Positions 1 through 8,572 of a stretch of 64,000 nt of DNA are shown in pieces. Every line of letters starts with the position of its first letter. Position 1 is the stretch's first letter. Location: contig JACPTX010000028.1 in NCBI GenBank assembly GCA_016192545.1, positions 8,686 through 72,685 on the forward strand. Reading direction: 5' to 3'. The translations under genes were made by a program, and so were the position numbers. This DNA is from Candidatus Omnitrophota bacterium. GTDB taxonomy: Bacteria; Omnitrophota; Gorgyraeia; Aquiviventales; Aquiviventaceae. Under the pieces are notes generated by a model. It had not been told where the DNA came from. It did no database searches and saw only the letters and a program-made list of their open reading frames with translations.

Positions 1-1013
1 CCCACGCCGGCTGGCGCCGGACCTACCAGATGCTGGAGCCGAACACGGTCGGCGTCGGCGGCGTCCACTACGCGCCCGCCGCCTGCTCCATCGTCCTGGA
101 CGTCCTCGGCGACGTGCTGGAGCGCGCGTTTCCAGGCCATGTCATGGCCCCGACCCCGGACCCCCGCCAGTTGCTGCTCGAGGAGCTGGTCAGCGTCGCG
201 GGGCGGCTGGGGCGGCGCCTGCGCGGAGTCGCCCTCATCGAAAACACCGACTACACCACCGGCACGGATGAGTTCGGCAGCCTCGCCCGCTACCTCAGGG
301 GGCAGGGGCTCAAGGCCACGGTCACCGACCCCCGCCACGTCCGCCGGACAAACGGCCGCCTGACGGCCGATGGGATTGAGGTGGACCTGGTCTACCGGGA
401 CTGCGAGCTCAGCGAGTTCGTGGAAATCGAGGACGCCGGGCACCGGCTCACCGCCATGCGCCAGGCGGTGCGGGAGGGGCGGCTCGTCTCCGGCCTCATG
501 TGGGAATTCGACCAGAAGGCGAGCTGGGAGCTGTTCACCGACGCGCGCTGGGCGCGGCACTTCACGCCGGTCCAGCAGCGGCTGTTCCGGAAGCATCTGC
601 CCTGGACGCGGATGGTGCGGGAGGCGTCCGTGACGGACCCTGCGGGGCGGCGCGTGGATCTGCCGGCGTACATCCGCCGCCGCAAGGATGCGCTCGTCCT
701 GAAACCCAACAGCCTCTACGGCGGGCAGGGAGTCGTCGTGGGACGGACCGTCAACCAGGCGTCCTGGGAGCGGACGCTGGCCAAGGCCCTGAGGAGAGGC
801 AGCGAGCGCTACGTGGTCCAGCGCCTCGCCCCCATCGCGGCGCACCGCTTCCCGGTGCTGGACGGCGGCTCGCCCCATGAGGTCGAGCGGCGCGTCGTGT
901 CCGGATTCTTCCTGAATTCGACCGGCGTGGGCCTGGTGGGGCGCTTCTCCGAGGACCCGGTCGTCAACGTCTCCCGCGGCGGCGGCCTCCTCCCCGCCCT
1001 CGTCGTGCACTGA
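1..1013 (+). CDS. circularly permuted (type 2) ATP-grasp family protein, 5' end probably outside window
   Basis: ORF 30..1013 (327 aa) has no in-frame stop back to nt 3, so it is likely truncated by the window edge. Sequence resembles cpATP-grasp / glutathionylspermidine-synthase-like proteins (e.g. ...ALVLKPNSLYGGQGVVVG..., C-terminal ...VNVSRGGG...). Family call from memory only. Confidence 0.5.
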   Translation, partial: HAGWRRTYQMLEPNTVGVGGVHYAPAACSIVLDVLGDVLERAFPGHVMAPTPDPRQLLLEELVSVAGRLGRRLRGVALIENTDYTTGTDEFGSLARYLRGQGLKATVTDPRHVRRTNGRLTADGIEVDLVYRDCELSEFVEIEDAGHRLTAMRQAVREGRLVSGLMWEFDQKASWELFTDARWARHFTPVQQRLFRKHLPWTRMVREASVTDPAGRRVDLPAYIRRRKDALVLKPNSLYGGQGVVVGRTVNQASWERTLAKALRRGSERYVVQRLAPIAAHRFPVLDGGSPHEVERRVVSGFFLNSTGVGLVGRFSEDPVVNVSRGGGLLPALVVH

Positions 1014-1049
1014 TGGCCGAACGGATCGTCTGAGACCTGGAGACGCCGC

Positions 1050-1391
1050 ATGATGATCGTTCGGGATGTGCTGACGCGTGACGAGCTCAAGCGCATGGCC
1101 GCCGGGACGTTCGGCGACCTCGTGAAAGCGGTGGTGGACGTGGAGCGGGAGCTGGTCGCAGTGGACGCCGAGCTCCATGCGGATTTGGAGGCCGCGCTGC
1201 TTGAGGACGGGTCCGAGCAGAGGAACCTGTGGGGCGTCAATCTGTATCCGGACGCCCCGGCGGAGCAGTTCGTCGAGTTCGACTCCCTGATCAACATGCG
1301 GCCGTCTCAAGGGAATCGCAGCCGCGGCGTGGAGGATGAGGCGGTGCGGAGGAGCATTCTCACGGTCATCCAGCGGCGGATCCAGCGATGA
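1050..1391 (+). CDS. small conserved hypothetical protein (DUF5674-like)
   Basis: 113-aa ORF with high GC3. Motif ...NLWGVNLYPDAPAEQFVEFDSLINMRPSQGNRSRGVEDE... resembles the DUF5674 family. Its last codons overlap the next ORF by 4 bp (ATGA). Confidence 0.4.
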   Translation: MMIVRDVLTRDELKRMAAGTFGDLVKAVVDVERELVAVDAELHADLEAALLEDGSEQRNLWGVNLYPDAPAEQFVEFDSLINMRPSQGNRSRGVEDEAVRRSILTVIQRRIQR

Positions 1392-1720
1392 CCTACCGGC
1401 ATCGAGCGCTTGCCGCCGGGCGTTGGAGGGCCTTCGCCTTCGTGGAGCAGATGGCCAACGTCGGCGGCGAAGTCGAGCGAATGCTGAACTGGCGCGCGAG
1501 GCAGCAGCCGGCTCACGCTGAGCAGGCCTTTGAGCGCGCCCTGGAATTGCTCGATCTCACGCTGGTTGCGGCGCGCAGCGGGCCGCGCCTCAAAGAAGTC
1601 GCCCGCGTCAGGGAAGCGCTCGTGGATTACTGGGCCGGCGCGAACGGCTCCGCCTCCACGGACGCGTCATGGAGGCGCTACTTTTTGCCTTTTGCCTACG
1701 CCGCCCGCAGGACGCGGTAG
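1388..1720 (+). CDS. hypothetical protein, translationally coupled to upstream ORF
   Basis: 110-aa ORF starting in an ATGA overlap with the previous gene. Helical, Ala/Arg-rich; no family confidently recognised. Confidence 0.35.
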   Translation: MTYRHRALAAGRWRAFAFVEQMANVGGEVERMLNWRARQQPAHAEQAFERALELLDLTLVAARSGPRLKEVARVREALVDYWAGANGSASTDASWRRYFLPFAYAARRTR

Positions 1721-1738
1721 GCCCACGCGGGAGAGACA

Positions 1739-2560
1739 ATGGGTGAGAGGATTGTGCTGGATTTGGAGACGCAGAGGGAGTTCAGCGAAGTCGAGGGGCG
1801 GAAGATGGAGCTCCTCGGCGTGTCGCTCGTGGGCATCTACCGCTACGGGACCGACCGCTACGAGGCCTACCTCGAGTCCGAGCTGAAGCAGCTCGAGCCG
1901 CTCCTCCAGCAGGCGGAGCTGGTCATCGGGTTCAACATCCGGCGCTTCGACCTGCCGGTGCTCTCGCCCTACCTCTCATTTCCCATTGCGGACATCCCGG
2001 TGCTGGACATCATCGAAGACGTGGTGAAGCATCTCGGCCACCGCGTCAGTCTCGAAAGTTTGGCGCAGGCGACCTTGGGGCGGGGCAAGAGCGGCAGCGG
2101 GCTCGACGCGCTGAAATGGTTCAAGGAAGGGCGGTTCGATCTGATTAAGCAGTACTGCCTCGACGACGTGAAGCTGACCAAGGAGCTGTACGACTACGGC
2201 CGCGCCAACGGCCGGCTGTTCGCGACCAGCCGGTTCAGCGACGAGAAGCTCCAGATTCCGGTCTTCTGGCCCGAGCGCAAGCGCGACATGGGGACGATCG
2301 CGAAGCTGCTGCGCGAGGCGTTCGACAAGCGCCTGCAGGTCGAGATCGAATACCTGTCGGCCAGCGTCCAGAGCGGGGAATCGCCCCAGCGCGTCCGCCG
2401 CGTGGACGTCTACCACATCCGCGAGCCGTATTTCGAGGGCTACTGCCACTTCCGCAAGGACCTCCGCCAGTTCCGCATTGACCGCATCCTCGACGCCAAG
2501 CCCACCTGGCAGCGCTACACGATCCCCGCCGACTACATCCCCGCCGCCGTTCCCGAATGA
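1739..2560 (+). CDS. RNase H-like (DEDD-type) 3'-5' exonuclease fused to a C-terminal WYL domain
   Basis: The N-terminus has DEDD motifs (LDLETQ..., ...FNIRRFDLPVL..., ...YCLDDVKLTKELYDY). The C-terminus has a WYL-like stretch (REPYFEGYCHFRKDLRQFRIDRIL). An SD-like GAGAGACAATGGG precedes the start. Overlaps the next gene via ATGA. Confidence 0.55.
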   Translation: MGERIVLDLETQREFSEVEGRKMELLGVSLVGIYRYGTDRYEAYLESELKQLEPLLQQAELVIGFNIRRFDLPVLSPYLSFPIADIPVLDIIEDVVKHLGHRVSLESLAQATLGRGKSGSGLDALKWFKEGRFDLIKQYCLDDVKLTKELYDYGRANGRLFATSRFSDEKLQIPVFWPERKRDMGTIAKLLREAFDKRLQVEIEYLSASVQSGESPQRVRRVDVYHIREPYFEGYCHFRKDLRQFRIDRILDAKPTWQRYTIPADYIPAAVPE

Positions 2561-3309
2561 AGGTCGTGATTCTCGGCAGCGGGACCGGGGTGCCGGTGAA
2601 GGAGCGCGGCTGCGCCGGCCTCTACGTCCGGATCGGGGGCGAGCACGTCCTGTTGGATGCCGGGCCCGGGACGCTCAGGCAGCTCGTCCGTCTGGGCGTG
2701 ACCTATCTCGACCTTGACCGCATCTTCCTCACGCACTTTCATCCGGACCACTGCCTTGATCTCGTGTCGATCCTCTTTGCGATGCGGATCCCCCGCCCCC
2801 CGCGCACCAAGCCGCTGGTCATCTACGGCCCGCGCGGCCTGCGGCAGTTGTACCGCCGGCTCAACACCGCTTTTGGCGGCTGGATCGCGCCGCGGACCTA
2901 CCGGCTGGCGTTCAAGGAGCTGCGCGGCCACACCACGTTGCGGCTCGGTGGCTACACCGTGCGGACCGCGCCCATGCGCCATTCGCCCGGGGCGCTGGGC
3001 TACCGGCTGGAGCATCGGGGCAGGGCGGTGGCGTACTCCGGCGACACGGATGTCTGCGAGGGGATTGTGCGGCTCGGCCGCCGGGCGGACCTCTTGATTC
3101 TGGAATGCTCCATGACGGATGAGCGGAAGGTGGCCGGACACCTGACGCCGAGCGACTGCGGGCGGATCGCGGCGCAGGCCGGCTGCCGCCATCTGGTCCT
3201 GACGCATTTCTACCCGGTCTTCAAGGGCTACGACATCCCCGGCCGGGTCCGCCGCGCGTTCCGGGGCCGGCTGACGCTCGCGAGAGACCTTGCCAAGTTT
3301 TCGATCTGA
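2557..3309 (+). CDS. MBL-fold metallo-hydrolase (RNase Z / ElaC-like)
   Basis: 250 aa with the HxHxDH motif (LTHFHPDHC), downstream His/Asp ligands (GDTD, LTHF) and a Gly-rich N-terminus (ILGSGTG). Confidence 0.7.
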   Translation: MKVVILGSGTGVPVKERGCAGLYVRIGGEHVLLDAGPGTLRQLVRLGVTYLDLDRIFLTHFHPDHCLDLVSILFAMRIPRPPRTKPLVIYGPRGLRQLYRRLNTAFGGWIAPRTYRLAFKELRGHTTLRLGGYTVRTAPMRHSPGALGYRLEHRGRAVAYSGDTDVCEGIVRLGRRADLLILECSMTDERKVAGHLTPSDCGRIAAQAGCRHLVLTHFYPVFKGYDIPGRVRRAFRGRLTLARDLAKFSI

Positions 3310-3318
3310 CCTATAATA
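3290..3318 (+). promoter_or_regulatory. sigma70-like promoter (TTGCCA-17-TATAAT) inside the 3' end of the MBL gene, driving the membrane-protein/htpX genes
   Basis: TTGCCA at 3290-3295, 17-nt spacer, TATAAT at 3313-3318. Directly followed by the tandem palindromes below. Confidence 0.4.
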
Positions 3319-3350
3319 GGGGTCTGACCCCTCAAAGGGGTCTGACCCCT
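3318..3350. promoter_or_regulatory. two tandem copies of 15-bp perfect palindrome AGGGGTCTGACCCCT (putative operator, motif 1)
   Basis: Identical 15-mers at 3318-3332 and 3336-3350, centres 18 bp apart. They start 0-2 nt after the -10 hexamer, i.e. at the expected transcription start. RBS AGGAGGG then ATG 3374 follow. Confidence 0.5.
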
Positions 3351-3373
3351 AACAACAACCAGGAGGGTCGAGC

Positions 3374-4156
3374 ATGGGGACATGGCAGATCGTCGGGACC
3401 GCGTGGAGATCGGCCCGCAAAGCCCTGAAGGTGGTCGGGTTCGTCGCGCTGATCCAGCTGGTCCTGGGGCTGTGCGCCCTGCCGCTGGTGGGGAACGATC
3501 CGCAGCCGACCGGTCCGCAGGCGCTGGGGGTGCTGGCTCTGGTGCTGGTCCAATTTTTCCTCCTGCCGCTGATTCAGGGCGGGTGCCTGTCGTTCGCCAA
3601 TGCGACCTTGATCCAGCCGCCCGCGCCGTTTGAGAGTTTCACCCAGGGCGCGAAGCGGATCTACCTCCGCCTCCTGGGGTTTGAGGCGCTGACGCTGGTC
3701 GCGGTGCTGCTGCTGGCGATCCTCGCGGTGGTCTTGTTCGGGCTGGCCTCGCTGCCGGAAGACAACCCCGCGCTGGGGGTGGCGCTGACGGTCCTCGCCG
3801 CCGCGCCGGTCGGGCTGGGGCTGTATCTGCTGTTCCTCATCGTGACCCTGACCCCGCCCGCCATTGCCGCCGAGCCCCTGCGGGTCTTCGCCGCGATCAA
3901 GAAGAGCCTGAAGATCGGGCGCGCCGCGCTGGGCAAGCTCATGCTCCTGACGCTGGCGCTCGGGCTGACGCTCATTCCCGCGATCCTGGTGCCGTGGATC
4001 CCCACCATCGTGCAAGGCGGCGTCGCGCCGGGCCTCGGCACCACGCTGCTGTCGCTGGTCCTCCAGAGCGCGGTCGGGGCGCTGTCCATGCTGCTCTTCG
4101 CCGTCGCCTACGTCCAGCTCTACCGCCAGCGCGCCAACCTCACCTTCGCCCGCTAG
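3374..4156 (+). CDS. polytopic integral membrane protein, function unknown
   Basis: 260 aa, multiple long hydrophobic segments, strong SD (AGGAGGG) upstream. Lies in an operon arrangement with htpX. Confidence 0.6.
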   Translation: MGTWQIVGTAWRSARKALKVVGFVALIQLVLGLCALPLVGNDPQPTGPQALGVLALVLVQFFLLPLIQGGCLSFANATLIQPPAPFESFTQGAKRIYLRLLGFEALTLVAVLLLAILAVVLFGLASLPEDNPALGVALTVLAAAPVGLGLYLLFLIVTLTPPAIAAEPLRVFAAIKKSLKIGRAALGKLMLLTLALGLTLIPAILVPWIPTIVQGGVAPGLGTTLLSLVLQSAVGALSMLLFAVAYVQLYRQRANLTFAR

Positions 4157-4173
4157 GCAAGGAGGATGCTCAC

Positions 4174-5028
4174 ATGAACGTGCTGAAGACCGGATTCTTG
4201 CTGGCGCTCTTGACGGTGCTCCTGGTGTTCCTGGGGCACCTGATGGGCGGGGCCCAGGGGGCGACCTTCGCGTTTGCCTTCGCCCTGGTGATGAACTTCA
4301 TCGCCTACTGGTTCAGCGACAAGATCGTCCTGGCGATGTACCGCGCCAAGCCCCTCGGCGAGGCGGACGCCCCGGCCGTGTATCGGGCGGTGCGCGAGAT
4401 CGCCGCGCGCACCCACATGCCCATGCCGAAGCTCTACTGGATTCCAACCGCCACCCCGAACGCGTTTGCGACCGGCCGCAGCCCCAAGCACGCGGCTGTC
4501 GCCGTCACGTCCGGGCTCTTGGACATCATGGGCGAGGAGGAGCTGAAAGGGGTGCTGGCGCATGAGCTGTCGCACGTGAGAAATCGCGACACGCTCGTCA
4601 TGACGCTGGCCGCGGCGATCGCCGGCGCGATCATGTACCTGGCCCGGATGGCGCAGTGGGCCATGTGGTTCGGCGGCGGCAACCGGGAGCGGAACCGCGG
4701 CTCCGGGGCGCTGCAGCTCGTCGTGCTCCTGCTCATTGCGATTCTCGCCCCGATCGCCGCGATGCTGATCCAATTGGCGATCTCGCGCACGCGCGAATAC
4801 GGCGCGGATGAGACCGGCGCGCGCCTGACCGGCAACCCGTACGGCCTGGCGGATGCGCTGGAGAAGCTGCACCAGGCCGCGCGCGCCCATCCGCTGCCGA
4901 ACGCGAACCCCGCGACGGCGCACCTGTTCATCGTGAATCCCCTGTCGGCCGGCGCGATCGCCAATCTCTTCTCGACGCATCCGCCGGTCGAGGAGCGCGT
5001 CCGCCGCCTGCGCCACATGCGCCTGTAG
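4174..5028 (+). CDS. htpX: zinc metalloprotease HtpX (M48 family)
   Basis: HELSH zinc motif (VLAHELSHVRNRD), N-terminal TM helices, ...EYGADETGA... downstream ligand. RBS AAGGAGG 9 nt upstream of ATG 4174; the ORF-track start at 3994 is upstream out-of-context sequence. Confidence 0.85.
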   Translation: MNVLKTGFLLALLTVLLVFLGHLMGGAQGATFAFAFALVMNFIAYWFSDKIVLAMYRAKPLGEADAPAVYRAVREIAARTHMPMPKLYWIPTATPNAFATGRSPKHAAVAVTSGLLDIMGEEELKGVLAHELSHVRNRDTLVMTLAAAIAGAIMYLARMAQWAMWFGGGNRERNRGSGALQLVVLLLIAILAPIAAMLIQLAISRTREYGADETGARLTGNPYGLADALEKLHQAARAHPLPNANPATAHLFIVNPLSAGAIANLFSTHPPVEERVRRLRHMRL

Positions 5029-5035
5029 GCCTGCG

Positions 5036-5455
5036 ATGCACCGCCTCCTGGCCGTCGTCCTCGCCGTGGCGGCGGCGTCGCCGGCGTGGGCGCAGGGCGT
5101 CAACATCTCCGCCACGGTCGACCAGACCCGCGTCGACGTCGGCGCGCAGCTCACGCTTACGATCACGATCGAAGGGGCATTCACGAACGTCAACCTCAAG
5201 CCGATCGAATTCCCGCAGGCTTTCCACGTGGTCGCCCAGAGCCGTTCCTCGAACATCTCGCTGGAGGTCGGCGGCGTCAAGCGCTCGGTGAGCCTGCTCT
5301 ACGTCTTGATGGCCACCGAGCCGGGGACCTTCCAGCTGGGGCCGTTTCAGATCATGCATCACGACACGCCGCTGGCGACCGACCCCATCGAGATCACGGT
5401 CAACAAATCCGCCCTGCCTCCCAAGCTGCGAAAACAGGAGCGGTATCTCCTCTAA
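5036..5455 (+). CDS. small secreted protein (signal peptide; BatD-like N-terminal region)
   Basis: 139 aa with a signal peptide (MHRLLAVVLAVAAASPAWAQG). Weak resemblance to BatD-type oxygen-tolerance protein N-termini. Confidence 0.4.
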   Translation: MHRLLAVVLAVAAASPAWAQGVNISATVDQTRVDVGAQLTLTITIEGAFTNVNLKPIEFPQAFHVVAQSRSSNISLEVGGVKRSVSLLYVLMATEPGTFQLGPFQIMHHDTPLATDPIEITVNKSALPPKLRKQERYLL

Positions 5456-5544
5456 CCCCCCACCGGTAGGGGGAATTCCTCGTCGGAGACTCAAGATCTG
5501 GTAGTTTTGCTTCATTTTTCGCTTGACAGGCCCCCCAGGACTGA

Positions 5545-5604
5545 CCACAATGGGTGGTGTTTGTCTCCGGATTGATTCACAAGGGCTTGGGTTTTTGGTA
5601 TAAT
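5545..5604 (+). promoter_or_regulatory. nrdJ promoter region: extended -10 (TGgTATAAT 5596-5604) preceded by two NrdR-box-like 16-mers spaced 32 bp
   Basis: CCACAATGGGTGGTGT (5545-5560) and TCACAAGGGCTTGGGT (5577-5592) are mutually similar imperfect palindromes. They resemble the NrdR box consensus (acaCwAtATaTwGtgt) and have the ~3-helical-turn spacing typical of tandem NrdR boxes. Confidence 0.3.
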
Positions 5605-5642
5605 GATAAGGGAAAGTGGAAACGGGGAGGGGGGAGAAGAGG

Positions 5643-8321
5643 ATGGCTGAGCAGGTGAAGGCGCTTCCCGAGGAGAAGGCCAACGGACAGACGGCGCGGG
5701 GGGGCTTGTCCATCCCTCGCCGCTGGAGCCGCCCCGGTATTCATCCATTCGATGAGATCACCTGGGAATTGCGCACCGCCGCCATCACGAACGAGAAGGG
5801 CGAGGTGGTCTTCGAGCAGAAGGGCGTGGAGGTCCCGAACTTCTGGTCGCAGCTCGCCACCAACGTCGTCGTGTCGAAATACTTCCGCGGCGCGCTGAAC
5901 ACCCCCCAGCGGGAGCGCAGCGTCAAGCAGCTCGTGTCCCGCGTCGCCGACACCATCGCCGGCTGGGGCCTGAAGGACGGCTATTTCGCCACGCCCGAAG
6001 ACGCCGAGACCTTCCGCGCCGAGCTGTCCTACCTCCTCGTCAACCAGTACGCCTCCTTCAACTCGCCGGTGTGGTTCAATGTCGGCATCGAAAAAGAGCG
6101 AGCCCCTCAGTGCAGTGCTTGCTTTATCCTTTCGGTTGAAGACAATATGAACTCCATCCTCGAGTGGTACCGCAACGAGGGGATGATCTTCAAGTACGGC
6201 TCCGGCTCGGGCCTCAACGTCTCGCCCATCCGCTCCTCGCGCGAGAAGCTCGCCGGTGGCGGCACCGCGTCCGGCCCGGTCTCGTTCATGAAAGCGGCCG
6301 ACGCCTCCGCCGGCGTCATCAAGTCCGGCGGAAAAACCAGAAGGGCCGCAAAAATGGTGGTGATGAACGCCGACCACCCGGACATCAAGCCCTTCATCAT
6401 GTGCAAGTGGAAGGAGGAAGAGAAGGCCCACAAGCTCATCGACATCGGTTACGACGCCTCCATTGACGGCGAGGCCTACTCCTCGGTCTTTTTCCAGAAC
6501 GCGAACAACTCGGTCCGCGTGACGGACGACTTCATGAGGCGCGCGCTCGACGACGAGGAGTGGAACCTGCACGCGGTGACCACGGGCGAGATCATGGAGC
6601 GCGTCAAGGCGCGCGACCTCCTGCGCCTCATCGCCGAGGCCGCGTGGCACTGCGGCGACCCCGGCATGCAGTTCGACACGACCATCAACGACTGGCACAC
6701 CTGCCCCAACACCAACCTCGCCTCCATCAACCTCCTGAAGTTCCTCGATGACGAGGGCAACTTCCTGATCGAGCCGTTCAAGTACGCGGTCCAGATCATG
6801 ATCCTCGCGCAGGACATCGTCGTGGACAACTCCTCCTACCCGACGCAGAAGATCGCGGCCAACGCCCATGCCTACCGCGAGCTGGGCCTGGGATTCGCGA
6901 ACCTCGGCGCGCTGCTGATGTCCCTCGGGATCTCCTATGACTCGGACGCCGGGCGCGCCTGGGCCGGGGCGATCACCGCGCTCATGTGCGGCCACGCCTA
7001 CGAAATTTCCAACCGCATTGCGGAGCACCTCGGGCCCTACGAGGGCTTCGCCCGGAATCGGGAGCCGCAGCTCCGCATCCTGCGCAAGCACCGCGCGCAG
7101 GTGGACAAGATCAACCCGCGGCTCGTGCCGCAGCCGCTCCTGTCCGCGTCGGCGCGCGTGTGGGACGAGTCCATCAAACTCGGCGAGCAGTTCGGCGTGC
7201 GCAACTCGCAGGTCACGGTCATCGCCCCGACCGGCACGATCGCGTTCATGATGGACTGCGACACGACGGGCATCGAGCCGGACATCGCGCTCATCAAGTA
7301 CAAGCGGCTCGTCGGCGGCGGGATGCTGAAGATCGTCAACCAGACCGTCTCGAAGGCGTTGCACGTGCTGGGCTACGGGCCTGAGCAGATCGACGAGATT
7401 CTGAAGCACCTCGATGAGAAAGAAACCATCGAGGGCGCCCCGCACCTCAAGCCTGAGCACCTGTCGGTCTTCGACTGCGCCTTCAAGGCCGTCAACGGCA
7501 CGCGCTTCATCCACTACATGGGCCACGTGCGCATGATGGGGGCGGTGCAGCCGTTCATCAGCGGGGCCATCAGCAAGACGGTCAACCTGCCGGAGTCGGC
7601 GAGCGTCGAGGAGATCGCGCAGGCGTACATCGAGTCCTGGAAGCTGGGCCTGAAGGCCGTGGCGGTCTACCGCGACGGCTCCAAGCGCGTCCAGCCGCTC
7701 TCGACCGGCAAGGGCGAGGGCAAGGGCAGGGCGCAGGCGCCGGTCGGCGAGCCGTACCGCCGCCGCCTGCCGGATGAGCGCGACGCGGTCATCCACAAGT
7801 TCTCCCTCGGCGGGCACGAGGGCTACATCACCATCGGCATGTACGAAGACGGCTCGCCCGGCGAGATCTTCATCGTGATGTCGAAGGAGGGCTCGACCCT
7901 CTCCGGCGTGATGGACTCCTTCGCCACCGCGGTGTCGCTCGCCCTGCAGTACGGGGTGCCGCTCAAGGTGCTCATCGACAAGTTCTCGCATGTGCGCTTC
8001 GAGCCCTCGGGCGTGACGAACAACCCAGACATCCGCTTCGCGAAGTCGGTGGTCGACTACATCTTCCGCTGGATGGCGCTGAAGTTCCTCCCGAAGGAGG
8101 AGGCGCAGGAGTTTGCGGTCACAGAAGGGCCGAAAGCCGCGGCGTCCACGGCGGCCCAGCCCTCAACAGGCAACGGGAGCAATCCGCTTGAGCGGCACGA
8201 GAAGCAGACCTTCGTCGCGCAGGCGGATGCTCCCGTCTGTGTGGACTGCGGCTCGCTGATGGTCCGCAACGGCAACTGCTACAAGTGCCTCAACTGCGGG
8301 ACGACCTCAGGGTGTTCGTGA
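5643..8321 (+). CDS. nrdJ: adenosylcobalamin-dependent (class II) ribonucleotide reductase
   Basis: ~890 aa with the conserved catalytic region (...QCSACFILSVEDNMNSI...), monomeric class II architecture and a C-terminal zinc ribbon (CVDCGS...CYKCLNCG). Purine-rich SD precedes ATG 5643; the ORF-track start at 5616 is probably too far upstream. Confidence 0.9.
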   Translation: MAEQVKALPEEKANGQTARGGLSIPRRWSRPGIHPFDEITWELRTAAITNEKGEVVFEQKGVEVPNFWSQLATNVVVSKYFRGALNTPQRERSVKQLVSRVADTIAGWGLKDGYFATPEDAETFRAELSYLLVNQYASFNSPVWFNVGIEKERAPQCSACFILSVEDNMNSILEWYRNEGMIFKYGSGSGLNVSPIRSSREKLAGGGTASGPVSFMKAADASAGVIKSGGKTRRAAKMVVMNADHPDIKPFIMCKWKEEEKAHKLIDIGYDASIDGEAYSSVFFQNANNSVRVTDDFMRRALDDEEWNLHAVTTGEIMERVKARDLLRLIAEAAWHCGDPGMQFDTTINDWHTCPNTNLASINLLKFLDDEGNFLIEPFKYAVQIMILAQDIVVDNSSYPTQKIAANAHAYRELGLGFANLGALLMSLGISYDSDAGRAWAGAITALMCGHAYEISNRIAEHLGPYEGFARNREPQLRILRKHRAQVDKINPRLVPQPLLSASARVWDESIKLGEQFGVRNSQVTVIAPTGTIAFMMDCDTTGIEPDIALIKYKRLVGGGMLKIVNQTVSKALHVLGYGPEQIDEILKHLDEKETIEGAPHLKPEHLSVFDCAFKAVNGTRFIHYMGHVRMMGAVQPFISGAISKTVNLPESASVEEIAQAYIESWKLGLKAVAVYRDGSKRVQPLSTGKGEGKGRAQAPVGEPYRRRLPDERDAVIHKFSLGGHEGYITIGMYEDGSPGEIFIVMSKEGSTLSGVMDSFATAVSLALQYGVPLKVLIDKFSHVRFEPSGVTNNPDIRFAKSVVDYIFRWMALKFLPKEEAQEFAVTEGPKAAASTAAQPSTGNGSNPLERHEKQTFVAQADAPVCVDCGSLMVRNGNCYKCLNCGTTSGCS

Positions 8322-8572
8322 TGAGCGCGCTGCACGCGGATCTGACGAAGAAGTGCAAGCGGTTCGTGCTGTCGCACTGGGGGGAGGACGGGCTGGAGCA
8401 GGTGCAGGAGCGGCCGGTGACGTGGGCGCTCTACCAGGCGAACCCGCACCTGAAGCTCCTCCGGCGCAAGCACAAGCACCTGCCGCTCATCACCATCCAG
8501 GGCGGGGCCAACCGCATCCGCCTGGCCCTCTCAACCGAAAGGAGCACGGATGGATCGCTACGTGGACGCTGA
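8321..8572 (+). CDS. hypothetical small protein overlapping nrdJ stop and dcd start
   Basis: 83-aa ORF with high GC3. The ATG overlaps the nrdJ stop (GTGATG). No recognisable family; could be spurious. Confidence 0.3.
   Translation: MSALHADLTKKCKRFVLSHWGEDGLEQVQERPVTWALYQANPHLKLLRRKHKHLPLITIQGGANRIRLALSTERSTDGSLRGR

Noticed and set aside
3994-4173. N-terminal extension of htpX to the ATG at 3994 (344-aa ORF in track)
   Set aside because: The extension is Arg/Pro/Ala-rich, overlaps the preceding membrane-protein gene and lacks an RBS. ATG 4174 has a consensus AAGGAGG SD and gives the canonical HtpX N-terminal TM helix.
5456-5473. GC hairpin CCCCCACCGGTAGGGGG after the BatD-like gene as an intrinsic terminator
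   Set aside because: Only a 5-6-bp G/C stem with a 7-nt loop and no downstream U-tract. Possibly a weak terminator, not reportable with confidence.
5456-5642. Cobalamin riboswitch upstream of nrdJ
   Set aside because: Class II RNR uses B12 as a cofactor and is not normally B12-riboswitch repressed. The 187-nt region shows none of the B12-element core features that I could recognise; it instead has promoter-like hexamers and NrdR-box-like repeats.
5577-7991. 804-aa ORF on the minus strand
   Set aside because: Antisense to nrdJ, whose protein is unmistakable. Long antisense ORFs are expected in ~68% GC DNA. Its translation is Arg/Gly/Ala-rich and low-complexity with no recognisable domain.
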